64,000 nucleotides of DNA from Candidatus Bathyarchaeota archaeon (GTDB lineage: Archaea; Thermoproteota; Bathyarchaeia; Bathyarchaeales; Bathycorpusculaceae), in NCBI GenBank assembly GCA_963811105.1, contig CAWEPZ010000011.1, positions 1,280,001-1,344,000 of the forward strand, in the 5' to 3' direction. Below, one piece after another: positions 50,010 through 62,124 of the stretch (the first letter of the stretch is position 1; each line of letters opens with the position of its first letter). The notes below the pieces were generated by a model. That model ran no database searches. It had not been told where the DNA came from and saw only the letters and a program-made list of their open reading frames with translations. The position numbers and the translations under genes are program-made.

Positions 50010-51860
50010 TTATTCAGTCATGTATGCAATATCGTCCCAGGGATGTCTGTAGAGACCTTGTTTGAGTCGCTTCTGGTCCAGAACATGGGCCGTCATGCCG
50101 ATTGTTCTGCCAACAACGAACAATCCGTTTAGTGCACCTATCTGAATACATTCATCTGCTTCATTCTTCGGAATCTCACTTCTCAACATATCGACAAAGC
50201 AAATTCCGATGCAACCGTCAACGTTTAGGATAAGGTTGTCTTTCTTAGCCGTTGTGAGTTTCTCAACCTCAAGGGCATAATCCAGAAGGGGGGTGACCTT
50301 GAAGTGTTTCCTAGCATATTCCTTCAAAATTGTCACTCGCATATCAGGATTGTTGATATTTTTAACTAAGTGCCCTATTCCTTGGATGTTCTCACCTTTC
50401 GCTTTCATTTCCTCGACAAACTGTCCGGGAGTTAATCCCCTATCATAAGCATTAGAGAACATCTGCGCGGCACCGTCGATGGCACCTCCGAATCTAGGAC
50501 CTATAGTGAGCATTCCACTCGCGACTGAGGAGATCAAGTCTCTACCTGCCCTAGCCGCGACTATAGCGTTGTGTGCACCCGAAACTGCAGGTCCGTGATC
50601 AGCCGTCACCATTATGGCCATTTCTATGAATTTCGTTGCATATTCCGGAAATTGACGCTTGAACCAGAGGATACTGAGTACGCCACCGATTCCTATGTCT
50701 TTCTTGAATGCCTCGGAAATCGGCATTTTCCCATAAAGCAGTTCTTCACCCCGGTCATCAGAGATTGTGCATATGAAATTGGCTGGTTTCCTGATTAAGC
50801 CTTCCTTCACAGCCTTAGCGTAGTCCATCGGGACCCTTGGCACACAGGGTTCGGGCTTTGGTTTGATAATTCCCTTCGCAACAAGAAGCTCATAAGTCTC
50901 CCTTATCTTTTGGTCATAGTCATCATATGAGTTGGGAACTATAGCCCCAGCTTTCCTAAGTGCCGCGTTCTTTGCATCCGCAGTCTCCACCTCATTTCCT
51001 GCTTTCGCTCCAGCATGCCCAAACTGAACTTCAGTTTTGAATGCCTTCGAACAGGTTCCAGTAACCCAAATCACCAGAGGCTTTGTTATCTTCTTGTTTT
51101 TAAGCGCTTCGGCAATCTCGTACTCGCCGCTGCCGCCTACTTCACCCAAGCATACCAGCATCTTAATTTCAGGAATACTCTCAAACCTGAGAAGATGATC
51201 TAGTAGACTTGAACCAGGATATGTATCTCCTCCGATTGCTATACCCTCATAAAGACCATCAGTATTTCTGGCGAGAATATTATATGCTTCGTTGCTTAGC
51301 CCTCCCGACTTAGAGACGAATCCCACGGAACCAGGTCTGTGAAGTTTGGAATCTATAATGTTTTCAATCGTGCCGCCAGCGTTGCCAATTTTGAAGCAAC
51401 CGGCCTTTATTCCTCCCACAGTTGCAGGGCCAATTATTACTTTTCCAAGAGCTTTGGCCTTCGCTGTGAGCAGCTTCATCCGTCTCTCAGGCACTCCCTC
51501 CGCAATTATCACGATAGTCCTTATCTGCGGTATGGACAGCGTTTCCTCGGTTGAAGATGCTGCCGACCTGAATGATGCGAAGTTTATCAGCACATCAACG
51601 TTAGGATGCATCTTGGCGGCTTTCTCTATGGTTTTGTAAATAGGTATTAGGATTTCGCGTTTTCCGAAGAAGAACTTTGCAAAGCTATCAGCTCCAGTTG
51701 GGTTGATTATTGCGGCAACTGAAGGTGTCTCGCGACCTGAAGCATAGTCGAAGTCTAGCATTCTCTGTGTTGCAGCAACTTGGTTATTGTAGATGAATGA
51801 TTGAGTGCTTCTATCGAACAGTTCATTGGGGTTCTTTTTGGCGTAATCTGCCTTTGCCAT
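50010..51860 (-). CDS. aclA: ATP citrate lyase alpha subunit
   Basis: [34 protein letters not shown] (phospho-His), [24 protein letters not shown]. Confidence 0.95.
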   Translation of the reverse strand: MAKADYAKKNPNELFDRSTQSFIYNNQVAATQRMLDFDYASGRETPSVAAIINPTGADSFAKFFFGKREILIPIYKTIEKAAKMHPNVDVLINFASFRSAASSTEETLSIPQIRTIVIIAEGVPERRMKLLTAKAKALGKVIIGPATVGGIKAGCFKIGNAGGTIENIIDSKLHRPGSVGFVSKSGGLSNEAYNILARNTDGLYEGIAIGGDTYPGSSLLDHLLRFESIPEIKMLVCLGEVGGSGEYEIAEALKNKKITKPLVIWVTGTCSKAFKTEVQFGHAGAKAGNEVETADAKNAALRKAGAIVPNSYDDYDQKIRETYELLVAKGIIKPKPEPCVPRVPMDYAKAVKEGLIRKPANFICTISDDRGEELLYGKMPISEAFKKDIGIGGVLSILWFKRQFPEYATKFIEMAIMVTADHGPAVSGAHNAIVAARAGRDLISSVASGMLTIGPRFGGAIDGAAQMFSNAYDRGLTPGQFVEEMKAKGENIQGIGHLVKNINNPDMRVTILKEYARKHFKVTPLLDYALEVEKLTTAKKDNLILNVDGCIGICFVDMLRSEIPKNEADECIQIGALNGLFVVGRTIGMTAHVLDQKRLKQGLYRHPWDDIAYMTE

Positions 51861-51861
51861 G

Positions 51862-53175
51862 TTACTTTGCTCCGTTTAATGCCATGGAAACAATTCTCGT
51901 CATGTGAGTTTCTGGTCCGTACACTTCAATCGGCACGCCCAATTTCTCGCCTAGAGCTCTCATTTGACACAAACCTTCCTGATAGTTCGGGCCGCCTCTT
52001 CGAACATATATCTTTACCCTATGCTCCCGAAGATTCTTTTGATATTCTTTAAGCGCTTTGATTATCCCCTTGAAGGTGCTGGCAACGTCAGTAAAATTTG
52101 CTATTCCGCCGCCAATAATAAGGAATTTGCCTTTAGGGTTCATCTTCCTTGTCATTAGGTTAAGTATTGTTTTGGCATAAAGATACGTGAACTCTTCACT
52201 TGGATCCCCGGAATATTCTCCATAGTTTGCCAGCTCACTCATGTATCCAAGGTCAGTTATGGTGTCCGCATAAATGACTGACGCTCCACCCCCTGCCACC
52301 ATTGTCCAGACTCTTCCTTCTGGATTAAGCACAGTTAGCTTAAGAGAAGCCCCAGTCTTTGAGTCTAAATCTTCAATAAAAGCTTCTTCTTTGGTTGGCA
52401 TTCGACCAAATGGTGTTGGGAACTCTATGTTGCCCCATTTCCCACCACTCTCGAATTCGGCTGTGCTATCCAATTTAGCTGCGAAGTCAAGAGGAATAAC
52501 GGAATCATTCGTTATTACAATCGGGTTTATCTCTAAATACGTAAAGTTTAGGTCTGCGTAGAATTTGAACAAAGCTTCTATGAAGCCTGAAAGGAGCTTT
52601 TTGCGTTCACCTGCGATTTTGCACAGTAGTTTTTTTTCGATTTCTTCTGAAGTGGGGGATGTTCCGATGGGTACTTCTAATCGTTCCGCTTTGATATCCA
52701 CGTTCCCGACATTTACTCCGCCTATGTTGTAGAACATGATTGTGTCGCCGTCTTTAGTCGACATTATAGCAAGGTAACATTCGTCCGAATCCTTGTGGGG
52801 TATCATTGGCTCGATGATAAAGTGTGTCAATTGTCCAACCGTTCCTTTGTCCGCAGGTTTTCCGTTGGCATCAAATTTGCCGTAGACAGTTATCGGGCTC
52901 TTCGATTTTTCTTCTATCCATTTCTTAACTTGGTTGTAATCCGCGTCAACAAGTATGAGTTTGTTCTTTCCCCTACGCTTTATAAGCTGATCAGGTTTGA
53001 CAACCAACTTCTCAGTAGAAAGCCACTTATACTGATTAGGCAACTTGGCCAAGTCGGTATCTGGCCCGACAGAAACAATCTTATCTTGAATATAGTATTT
53101 TCCTTCCGAGTAGTCGTTGAAAAGACGGGCGAGCATGCGCTTGCCGTCGGCTTCTCTGATTGCTTTATGCGCCAT
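51862..53175 (-). CDS. aclB: ATP citrate lyase beta subunit
   Basis: [52 protein letters not shown]. Confidence 0.95.
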   Translation of the reverse strand: MAHKAIREADGKRMLARLFNDYSEGKYYIQDKIVSVGPDTDLAKLPNQYKWLSTEKLVVKPDQLIKRRGKNKLILVDADYNQVKKWIEEKSKSPITVYGKFDANGKPADKGTVGQLTHFIIEPMIPHKDSDECYLAIMSTKDGDTIMFYNIGGVNVGNVDIKAERLEVPIGTSPTSEEIEKKLLCKIAGERKKLLSGFIEALFKFYADLNFTYLEINPIVITNDSVIPLDFAAKLDSTAEFESGGKWGNIEFPTPFGRMPTKEEAFIEDLDSKTGASLKLTVLNPEGRVWTMVAGGGASVIYADTITDLGYMSELANYGEYSGDPSEEFTYLYAKTILNLMTRKMNPKGKFLIIGGGIANFTDVASTFKGIIKALKEYQKNLREHRVKIYVRRGGPNYQEGLCQMRALGEKLGVPIEVYGPETHMTRIVSMALNGAK

Positions 53176-53188
53176 TCATATTTCTCCT

Positions 53189-54406
53189 CTACTCAATCTT
53201 CTTTCTGAGCCTTTTTGCCACTTCCGCAATGAATTCTTCAGTATAAGCCTTCTTATTTCTTGGGTCTGGTGAGACAACAGCCATCAAGTCACCCGTCATA
53301 ATCCCGCTTTCTACAGTCTCAAGAGCTGCATCTTCCAGCTTTTTCGCAAAGTCCACGACTTCTGATGTCTTATCCAGTTCGCCCCTTTTTCTTAAGCAAC
53401 CAGTCCAAGCAAATATCAAAGCCATTGAGTTGCTTGAAGTTTTTTCACCCTTCAAATACTTGTAATAATGCTTCTGAACTGTTCCATGAGAAGCTTCAAA
53501 CTCGTAGTAGCCTTGCGGGCTAACAAGTACGGAAGTCATCATTGCCAAGCTGCCATAAGCTGATCCTAGCATATCGCTCATAACGTCGCCATCATAGTTC
53601 TTGCATGCCCAGAGCAAACCGCCTTCTGTCTTCATGATTCTAGCTATGGCGTCATCGATAAGTGTAAAAAAGTAATCAAGTCCCGCGTCTTTGAATTTTG
53701 ATTTCCAGTTTTTCTCATATTCCTCTTCAAATATCTTGCGGAACTGTGCATCGTACGTCTTAGATATGGTATCCTTGGCACCAAACCACAAATGAATCTT
53801 CTGATCATACGCATAAGTAAAACACGCCTTCGCAAAACTCTCTATGGATTTATCGGTATTATGAATGCCTTGAATAATGCCCGACCCTTTGAAGTCCTGA
53901 ATGGTTCCACGCCAAAGCTCTTTGCCAGCGCTGTTTGTGAAAACCATCTCGGCTTTTCCAGCTTCCGGAACCCTGTACTCACAGTTTTTATAAACGTCAC
54001 CGTAAGCATGTCGGCCGATATGGATTGGTTTTTTCCAAGATTTGACGGATGGCGAAATGTTGTTAACCAAAATCGGCGCCCTAAAAACTGTGCCGTCAAG
54101 TGCTGCTCTGATGGTCGCATTGGGACTGCTCCATTCTTTTTTAAGGTTGTATTCTTTCACCCGGTCCTTGTTCGGCGTAATTGTGGCACATTTTACACCC
54201 ACACCGAATTTCTTTATGGCTTCCGCTGCTTCAAGGGTTATTTTATCATCTGTCGCATCCCTTCTCTTTAGCTGCAAGTCGTAGTAGGCAAGGTTCATAT
54301 CTAGGTAAGGCAAAAGCAGCTGATCCTTAACCATTTGCCACATCACTCGAGTCATTTCGTCGCCGTCTATTTCGACGATTGTTGTCTTTACTTTTATTTT
54401 ACTCAA
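53189..54406 (-). CDS. icd: Isocitrate dehydrogenase, NADP-dependent, type II (eukaryote-like)
   Basis: [39 protein letters not shown]. Confidence 0.95.
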   Translation of the reverse strand: MSKIKVKTTIVEIDGDEMTRVMWQMVKDQLLLPYLDMNLAYYDLQLKRRDATDDKITLEAAEAIKKFGVGVKCATITPNKDRVKEYNLKKEWSSPNATIRAALDGTVFRAPILVNNISPSVKSWKKPIHIGRHAYGDVYKNCEYRVPEAGKAEMVFTNSAGKELWRGTIQDFKGSGIIQGIHNTDKSIESFAKACFTYAYDQKIHLWFGAKDTISKTYDAQFRKIFEEEYEKNWKSKFKDAGLDYFFTLIDDAIARIMKTEGGLLWACKNYDGDVMSDMLGSAYGSLAMMTSVLVSPQGYYEFEASHGTVQKHYYKYLKGEKTSSNSMALIFAWTGCLRKRGELDKTSEVVDFAKKLEDAALETVESGIMTGDLMAVVSPDPRNKKAYTEEFIAEVAKRLRKKIE

Positions 54407-54424
54407 TAAGATTCCTCTTTTTTA

Positions 54425-56356
54425 CTACTTGACCGTATACGGGAGAAGACCGCCAGCGAAGAGAATGTCTTTCTGTCTCTGGGAAAGATTGTATCCAAGC
54501 TCGATTTCCAGATTTTTGGTCTTGTTGACTAAGATGATAGGTTCATTGCTCTGCAGCTTTTTCTTTAGATTTGGAATTTCAATCTCATCGCTTTGCTCTA
54601 TCTTGTCATAGTCAGCCATGTTCTTGAATGATAAGGAGATTATGCCAAAGTTTACAAGATTGGCTTCATGAATTCTCTCCACTGATTTGGCTATGATTGC
54701 TTTGACTCCAAGGTACATCGGACATAGCGCAGCGTGTTCTCTGGAGCTTCCTTGGCCATACGACTCGCCTGCAACTATAACAGTGGCTAGACCTTTTTTC
54801 TTGGCTTCCATTGCTCTGTTTGGGAATGTTTTGTCAATCGGTTCGAAAACATATTTTGAGTATTCTGGCACATTAGAGCGGTACTTAAGTCTGGCTCCAG
54901 CAGGCATTATGTGATCAGTTGTAATTTTATCGCCGACTTTTATGCCGACAATACCTTTTATTTCTTCAGGCATTTTATCGTTGACTGGCGGCGTTCCAAT
55001 GTTCGGTCCTCTAACAATTTCAGTATTTCTGTCAGTATCCTTTGGGAAGATAAACATGGAGTCATCTATGAGGAATTTGGTTGGCGTTCTGATATTCGGG
55101 TACTTGATGTCTGTTTTTCTGGGATCGGTGAATTTTCCTGTGATTGCTGATACGGCAGCAACTTCTGGGCTTACAAGGTAAACCTGAGCATCCGATGTGC
55201 CGCTTCTTCCTTCGAAGTTTCTGTTGCTTGTTCTAAGGGATACGGCGTTGGTTTTTGGGCTTTGGCTGTTGCCTATACAAAATCCGCATGTTGCTTCGAG
55301 CAGTCTAGCGCCTGAATCTAGCAAATCAGAAAGGTAATCATCTTTTGCTATCATTTGCAGAACTTGTCTTGAACCTGGAGCAACGCCGAATGATACGTCA
55401 GGATGAACTTTTTTGCCCTTCATTATTTGGGCTACCGTGGCTATTTCTTTGTAAGAAGAATTGGTGCATGAGCCAATCATCACTTGATCAACCTTCAGGT
55501 CCTTCATATCACTGACTTTGACTGTGTTTCCTGGGCTATGTGGTGCCGCCGCAAGAGGTTCCAATGCGCAAAGATCAATGTCCTCAACCCTGTCGTACTC
55601 TGCATCGTCGTCAGCTTTCAGTTCAATCCAATCTGCCTCTCTATCCTGTGCCTTGAGAAACTTTCTTGTTTCTTCGTCTGAGGGAAATATGGAGGTTGTG
55701 ACACCCATCTCTGCACCCATGTTGGTGATTGTGGCTCTCTCAGGAACTGTGAGATTCTTTACGCCAGGCCCCGCGTATTCAATTATGACGCCGACATTGC
55801 CCTTAACTGTAAACAGCTCAAGCATCTTTAAAACAACATCTTTGGCGCTTACCCAAGGCTGAAGTCTGCCCTGCAGATTTATCTTGTAAACTTTTGGGCA
55901 TGTTAAATAGAATTCACCGCCTCCCATGGCAACAGCAACATCTAATCCTCCGGCGCCTATGGCTATCATGCCTATGCCGCCTCCAGTCGTTGTATGGCTG
56001 TCGGAGCCTAAGAGCGTCTTACCAGGTTTGCCGAACCTTTCCAAATGGACTTGATGACATATTCCATTTCCTGCCTTAGAGTAAACTATACCATATTTTG
56101 CGGCTACTGTCTGAAGGTATTTGTGATCGTCGGCGTTCTCGAAACCCACCTGGATGGTATTGTGATCTACATAACTAACAGAAAGCTCAGTTTTTACTTG
56201 CTTCAGGTCCATTGCCTCGAACTGCAGGTACGCCATCGTTCCTGTGGCATCCTGAGTTAAGGTTTGATCAATCTTTATACCTATCTCAGTACCTGGAACG
56301 TATTCACCCACTACCAGATGTTTTTCTAATATCTTTCGTGTAAGAGACTTGCCCAT
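54425..56356 (-). CDS. acn: Aconitate hydratase
   Basis: QDATGT, DHN, GICHQ, DSHT, IGSCTN, CGFCIG, NRNFEGR, GSSREHA. Confidence 0.95.
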   Translation of the reverse strand: MGKSLTRKILEKHLVVGEYVPGTEIGIKIDQTLTQDATGTMAYLQFEAMDLKQVKTELSVSYVDHNTIQVGFENADDHKYLQTVAAKYGIVYSKAGNGICHQVHLERFGKPGKTLLGSDSHTTTGGGIGMIAIGAGGLDVAVAMGGGEFYLTCPKVYKINLQGRLQPWVSAKDVVLKMLELFTVKGNVGVIIEYAGPGVKNLTVPERATITNMGAEMGVTTSIFPSDEETRKFLKAQDREADWIELKADDDAEYDRVEDIDLCALEPLAAAPHSPGNTVKVSDMKDLKVDQVMIGSCTNSSYKEIATVAQIMKGKKVHPDVSFGVAPGSRQVLQMIAKDDYLSDLLDSGARLLEATCGFCIGNSQSPKTNAVSLRTSNRNFEGRSGTSDAQVYLVSPEVAAVSAITGKFTDPRKTDIKYPNIRTPTKFLIDDSMFIFPKDTDRNTEIVRGPNIGTPPVNDKMPEEIKGIVGIKVGDKITTDHIMPAGARLKYRSNVPEYSKYVFEPIDKTFPNRAMEAKKKGLATVIVAGESYGQGSSREHAALCPMYLGVKAIIAKSVERIHEANLVNFGIISLSFKNMADYDKIEQSDEIEIPNLKKKLQSNEPIILVNKTKNLEIELGYNLSQRQKDILFAGGLLPYTVK

Positions 56357-57088
56357 AATCGTCCCGTCCTTTGGAAAGGATTTGTCTTTCTTTTGTACAT
56401 ATAAAGGTTGTCAATTTATAGAACCAAGGGCATGCGCCTATTTACTTAAAAAAAATATTAAGTTCAAATTCTTGAATCATAAAAGTAAAAAAAAGAAATG
56501 AAACTGTCTGCATGATTATTAATGTCAAGTAATTAATTCTGACCGATACGATTGTGCAATCGCATTAGACGAAAAAAGATACCTATTATTGCCAACAACC
56601 TTCCCCAGACATCCTGCCAGTAATCATACGGATTCGAGTGTTAATTCAAGGAAGTAAGCTTTAGGATCAGTTGTTTTTTGTTGTAGCGCAACTATAACAT
56701 AACCTGGGAACAGTTATGCGACCGTCCGGAAGCATAATGGCCAAAAAACTTTCCTGAAAACATAAATTAAATATTTTCAAATTAATCTTCAATAGTTGAG
56801 AAGCCGCAAGTTTGTAATGCCAACGAACCACTTTTCGCACTTAAAGCGATTTTGATTCTGCAATTGCACCTTATATGCAAGGCTTCGAGTTAATGGAAAA
56901 ACAAACCTTCTTTTTCAACCTTTTGCATACTTTTTTAGCCGAAACTGTACGGAATTGTTCGAATCTAGCCGAATCCAAATGAATTCATATGCAACCTACA
57001 AATAACTTAAGCTTTGCTGCAAAAGATCATCCCCAAAACACAAAGAAAAAAATGTGCCACGCGCACCAGAAACACCTAAGTACTAACT

Positions 57089-59023
57089 TTAACTTTCATA
57101 CATCTGCCTAAAGATTTGCAGAGGGCTATCATTTTGCCTCTTATTCTTGAAGTAAAGTATGGTTGAAACAAGGACTAAAAATAGAACAGTTGTCAAGGTA
57201 ACGTATGTTTCAAAGCAGTTGTTACCATCCTTTGTTTTTTCATCGCTGTTAGGCATTACAATTGCGTTGCTGAGGTTTTGAATTCTCAAGTTTTTCATAA
57301 TTACTGCGCTATTCACGTTATTTGCTACCAAAATTAGTATTTTATTGTTGGCTAGATTATAAGGAGTTGCCACGTTTTCTATTAGGGTACCATTTCTATT
57401 GTTTATTTCAGTTATTACTTGATTCTCGGAGATACGTTCTGTAATAGTGTACCAATTGTTAGCTTCGATGGTTTCCGAAGCATTCAAGAAAGCCGGATTG
57501 ACTGCGTTTCCTTCCGTTATATTAGAAATGTCATAACTATTTAGCGCTCTCATATCTAATGAGCAATTATTGGGACCGTTGTCCTGAAGGAGAAAACAAA
57601 ATTGATTGTTTATAGTTTGATTAATATCATCGGGTAAGGTTAGAGGTTGCATGTTCGGGGGCACCTCTGTTGGTACTGTCAGTGTTTCTTCAGGAATTTT
57701 GATTGTTTGTATTGGCCTGTTTCTTCCAATTCTTATTGTCTCCTGGCGGGCCGGAATTGTTATTGTTTGTGACGAAATGTTAGACGCGGTGTGACCCGTT
57801 GGCATTATGATAAAATCGTAGCTGAAAGAAATATTTGTACTCAAAGGAATACTGAGAAAATTATCAACTCCTTGCAATGGACGAATAATATGCGGTAAAA
57901 TAACTGCGGATCCAAAGAGGTAGTAAGCAAGGTTAGTTTGTGTCAGAATATAATTGTACTCAGGCGTTTGGAACTGGACAAATGATTCAGGACCAACAAA
58001 AACCGTGAGTGTTTCGCTGTCATCACCCTCGTAGTTGTAGGCGCCACTCCAACTTGTTGTAATATAATATGTGCCCGCTGACGCGAAGTTCCAACCCAAA
58101 GCATAATTGCCATCGATATCTGTAACTGTTTCGAAGTAGCTGCTACAGGAACTATTTTTGCAGTATACCGTGACCTTCTGCCCGGCCATTACGGGCGAAA
58201 TTGATCCTGAAATGATAAACCCCCGCGATGTATTTTGGATGCTTGTTGGTTTTTGGGATAGATCTCCTGTAATAGAGGAAGAGAGAAGTTGACTACCTAA
58301 GCTCGCTGAAATCTCTCCTGGTGTTGAATTCTCGCTACTTTCAAGTTGAGTAATGACTGATTTAGTATTTACCAGCATTTGGGACTGATCACCTACCTTC
58401 CAGTCTGTTTCGGGAGTAGCTTCCGCAGTCCAGTAGGTTTTATTATTGTAATCAAAACCAGTCGGCGGAGTCAGGATATTATGATAAACGGGTGTATGTG
58501 GTAGGTATACTCCCACATTGACGTGTCCTGGATTTATCCCTGTGTAGCTAATCAAGACAACTTCTAAACCTCCTGCCTTCATGATGGAAGCCGCTAGAAG
58601 AGACAGGCCAACGCAATCTCCAGAATTGTTCACAAGGGTTTCAACTGGATATTTTACTCCCGTAACAACGTATGGGATTTGATGGACCAATGTTAGTACG
58701 GCATCGGCGAACCGTTCCTCACTGTAAGGAAGGGTGTTAGTAACTTCTTGAATGCGTTCTGCGATAGGTTCTACGGCTAGAGGTGTTACAAATCGTGCGT
58801 AATCAGTTTCGCAATTGATTGTGTGACTCAGGTTATTGTAATAGTTGTATAAGGAAGGTTGTATTGAGACATACATTTTTTGGCTAAGCAACCCATATTG
58901 GAATTGAAAACTGTAGTTTTTTTCATAGTTAGTTGCAGATGATATAGGTATCATGAAGGTAAGTATCAACATACAAAATATAGAGAAGACTGGCTTTATG
59001 ATACTTAAAGTGCATGATGACAC
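57089..59023 (-). CDS. Secreted, membrane-anchored transglutaminase-like protein
   Basis: Signal peptide, YPVETL..GDC...GHVNVGV...AEAT, Ig-like segment, C-terminal TM. Confidence 0.72.
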   Translation of the reverse strand: MSSCTLSIIKPVFSIFCMLILTFMIPISSATNYEKNYSFQFQYGLLSQKMYVSIQPSLYNYYNNLSHTINCETDYARFVTPLAVEPIAERIQEVTNTLPYSEERFADAVLTLVHQIPYVVTGVKYPVETLVNNSGDCVGLSLLAASIMKAGGLEVVLISYTGINPGHVNVGVYLPHTPVYHNILTPPTGFDYNNKTYWTAEATPETDWKVGDQSQMLVNTKSVITQLESSENSTPGEISASLGSQLLSSSITGDLSQKPTSIQNTSRGFIISGSISPVMAGQKVTVYCKNSSCSSYFETVTDIDGNYALGWNFASAGTYYITTSWSGAYNYEGDDSETLTVFVGPESFVQFQTPEYNYILTQTNLAYYLFGSAVILPHIIRPLQGVDNFLSIPLSTNISFSYDFIIMPTGHTASNISSQTITIPARQETIRIGRNRPIQTIKIPEETLTVPTEVPPNMQPLTLPDDINQTINNQFCFLLQDNGPNNCSLDMRALNSYDISNITEGNAVNPAFLNASETIEANNWYTITERISENQVITEINNRNGTLIENVATPYNLANNKILILVANNVNSAVIMKNLRIQNLSNAIVMPNSDEKTKDGNNCFETYVTLTTVLFLVLVSTILYFKNKRQNDSPLQIFRQMYES

Positions 59024-59273
59024 TGTTCTTGACTCTTAAAGAGCTTGAATATTATCGTTATTATTGGTTATATTTCTTTGCTTGCCAGCAATTGTAGCTC
59101 ACGAGTAATGTCTGCTAAAACAGCACGATTCTCCAAAATATTTTTAGCTTGGAGGGACTAAAACAGGAATGTTCATTTCAGACTCTTGCCAAGCTAAAAA
59201 TAGAATATGTAGGCAGAAGTTTGAGGTGAACACCTGACTAAATTGCTTTATTAAATTGAAAATGGCTCAGCGT

Positions 59274-59573
59274 TTAACCCATTATTGTTGGGTTCGCCTC
59301 TTCTTCATTTATGTGATGCATAACGTGGACCGCGAGGCCTGTCGCGGCTCCTGCAGAGAGTCCCAATAGCAAATTATTAAGCCAATTAAATTGGCCAACC
59401 AACCCTAAAACTACCAACACATCAAAAACCAATGCGACCATCAAGTAACCTACACACCACATTTTAACACTCATGCCTCTCGGCTTGTTTATGCCAATTC
59501 CGCCAAGTACTCCAAGCATTACTAAAAAGCCTATTAACGCATAAATCCAATCTAAAGTCAAATTGCATTTCAC
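59274..59573 (-). CDS. Small membrane protein (~3 TM)
   Basis: Hydrophobic 99-aa ORF. Confidence 0.65.
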   Translation of the reverse strand: MKCNLTLDWIYALIGFLVMLGVLGGIGINKPRGMSVKMWCVGYLMVALVFDVLVVLGLVGQFNWLNNLLLGLSAGAATGLAVHVMHHINEEEANPTIMG

Positions 59574-59714
59574 CTATTTAGTGTGGCTATGTTCATATAG
59601 TGCTTAATTAGTTTATCGAAAACACGTCTGCTTTATAGATGCATTATCGTTCTTCAACGGATCTACCGTTAACTTTTTGTACTTTCGGCTAAGAGTCTTA
59701 CCTACTTCAAGGAC

Positions 59715-61808
59715 GTGGATGCATTAACAAAGTTCGACCAAAGACACTGCCATAAATGGGCACAACTTTTGCTTGCAAGGCAACAAAGACTCAATCAAGC
59801 TTTAACGGCCATTGCAGAAGAAGACTTTGATTTGGCAATACCACTGGTTTCTCAAATTTTTGCTGGAAACAATAAGCAAGGTGACCCTGGATTCGCTGGC
59901 TCACTTTTATACCATATGGCCATGGTAACGAAAATGGAATCTGAAACTCGAATGTTGATCGATGAGTTACATGTCCCCTTACCAGATGTATCATTAAAAC
60001 TTAACTCAATTTATGATGTTTTCCAATTAGACTCAAAAGAGATAGCTAAAGAAATTACGCTTTTTACATTAAGTTCAACCGAAATAGCAACAGGCAAATA
60101 TCCTGGAACGATTGAGAAAATCAAACTTTTCAAAAAATTGAGCGAAGAAGAGAAAGAAGTCGAAATTCTCTTAAACAGAAGGAGCCCAAAGTCGGGGGAC
60201 AAGTTAAGGGAAGTTTTCTGTAACTGGGCAAATCAGATTGTGAAAATGCGTTTAATCCAAGAGTTTGAAACAATAAAGGGATTACTAGTCTTGTCTGAAT
60301 TGACTAAAAGTATTGACTTATCAGTCCTTGAGAAAGCTATTGACAGGATAAAGAACAAATTCGGGGAAGAAACAGTTAACATAGCTCTTGATGTGACTCT
60401 TAAAGTTGGGATGCGAAGAGAAAAACTTCAATCAATCATGTTAAGTGACCATTTCATAAACTACACAATGAGTGCGGATACCTTAGATGGTCACATGGAA
60501 TTTCGTAATTGCCCAATTTTTGGATGCCACAAATACATCCAAGAAAAATATGGCATATCATCTGAAGTGTCTTCGCTTTTTTGCACCCATTTCTGTTTTG
60601 CTCATGCTAAAGCGATGCTTGATACAGTTCTTCCTTTTCCATTTACACTTTGGCAACCCAAAAGAATAGCGACGCATGGAATCTGCGAATTTTACTTAAA
60701 ATTGGCTTACTCACCGGTGGCAAAATCCTCTGAACAGTTTGTTCCTCTAGTTATGTCATGGAACGTCACACGAGAATGCAACATGAAATGCTCCCATTGC
60801 TACATTAACGCTTCAAACAAGAAACTCGATAACGAATTAACAACTCAAGAAGCCAAGAACTTAATGGATCAAATCTACCAAGTCAGCAGACCGCTGCTCA
60901 TACTTAGCGGTGGAGAACCGCTCTTGCGTCCAGACATTTTTGAACTCATCAGCTATGGCTCAAGGATAGGTTTGAAGATGGGTTTAGGAAGCAACGGAAG
61001 TCTAATTAATGACACAACAGCAAAAAAACTCAAAGATGCAGGCATAACTACAGTTTCAATCAGCTTAGATTCTAATATTCCCATGCAGCACGATGAGTTC
61101 AGAGGAGTAGCCGGCGCCTGGGAAAAAGCTGTCCAAGCCTGCATTGCATTGAGAAAAAACAATGTTCTGGTTCAAGTCAACACAACACTAACTCAGCAGA
61201 ACTACAATCAAATAGACGATATAATGTCTTTAGCTGAAAACATTGGTGTTGAGAACTTTCATCTATTCTTCCTTGTTCCAACAGGCCGCGGAACCAAGCT
61301 GACAGATATTTCCCCAGAAAAATATGAAGAAATGATAACAAAAACCTTCGCAAAAGCAGCAAACCACAAACTAAACGTGCGACCCTCCTGTGCGCCACAG
61401 TTTATGCGAATCGCCAAAGGTATGGGCTTAGACATGAGACAGTGGATTCGCGGCTGCATTGCAGGATTATACTATTGTCGCATTTACCCCAACGGTGACG
61501 TAACACCATGCCCCTACTTGCCAATAAAGCTGGGCAACGTTAGAGAAAAAAACTTCAGAGATATATGGGTTGAATCAAATGTCTTCAAAACTTTAAGAAC
61601 CCCCAATCTATTGAAAGGCAAATGCGGCGCTTGTGAATATCGCGTTTTGTGCGGTGGCTGCCGAGCACGGGCTTATGGTCTTTCTAATGATTTCATAGAT
61701 TATTGTGGAGATCTTCATGAACCCGGGGAAATAAAAAGTGACTACTTGACAGAAGACCCATGGTGTGTTTATCAACCAAAAAAATTCTCCTCACTGAAAG
61801 ATGAATAG
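59715..61808 (+). CDS. Radical SAM/SPASM protein (NirJ/Ahb-like) with ~340-aa N-terminal extension
   Basis: WNVTRECNMKCSHC, SGGEPLLR, GCIAG...GDVTPCPY, CGAC...CGGCRARAY. Confidence 0.88.
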   Translation: MDALTKFDQRHCHKWAQLLLARQQRLNQALTAIAEEDFDLAIPLVSQIFAGNNKQGDPGFAGSLLYHMAMVTKMESETRMLIDELHVPLPDVSLKLNSIYDVFQLDSKEIAKEITLFTLSSTEIATGKYPGTIEKIKLFKKLSEEEKEVEILLNRRSPKSGDKLREVFCNWANQIVKMRLIQEFETIKGLLVLSELTKSIDLSVLEKAIDRIKNKFGEETVNIALDVTLKVGMRREKLQSIMLSDHFINYTMSADTLDGHMEFRNCPIFGCHKYIQEKYGISSEVSSLFCTHFCFAHAKAMLDTVLPFPFTLWQPKRIATHGICEFYLKLAYSPVAKSSEQFVPLVMSWNVTRECNMKCSHCYINASNKKLDNELTTQEAKNLMDQIYQVSRPLLILSGGEPLLRPDIFELISYGSRIGLKMGLGSNGSLINDTTAKKLKDAGITTVSISLDSNIPMQHDEFRGVAGAWEKAVQACIALRKNNVLVQVNTTLTQQNYNQIDDIMSLAENIGVENFHLFFLVPTGRGTKLTDISPEKYEEMITKTFAKAANHKLNVRPSCAPQFMRIAKGMGLDMRQWIRGCIAGLYYCRIYPNGDVTPCPYLPIKLGNVREKNFRDIWVESNVFKTLRTPNLLKGKCGACEYRVLCGGCRARAYGLSNDFIDYCGDLHEPGEIKSDYLTEDPWCVYQPKKFSSLKDE

Positions 61809-62124
61809 AAACGTTATGTCCAGTTAGAAACGTTTTGTGCAAAAAACTCTCTGACAGAAACTATTTAAGACATGTGTGTCTTTCAAAAACTTTAGCAGGC
61901 AGTTAAAATGGCTTTGGGCAGCCCGCAAACAGGCGCTCGGTAACTGTGGATAGCCAAACAAGAATTGAGGCGGGGAAAAATGAGAACGGTCAACGATACA
62001 GCAAATGCAAAAAACTGGAAAACACCAACCGTTTTGTTGAATGTAACAGGAAAACACATTAATTTCAATCAGGCGTTAACCAGTAAACTTGCAAGAATAA
62101 CTCTAAAAAAGTATTTCTTATTTT

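Noticed and set aside
56400-57080. Long AT-rich gap upstream of aconitase as an ncRNA or element end
   Set aside because: No convincing repeat, stable structure or partner inverted repeat found
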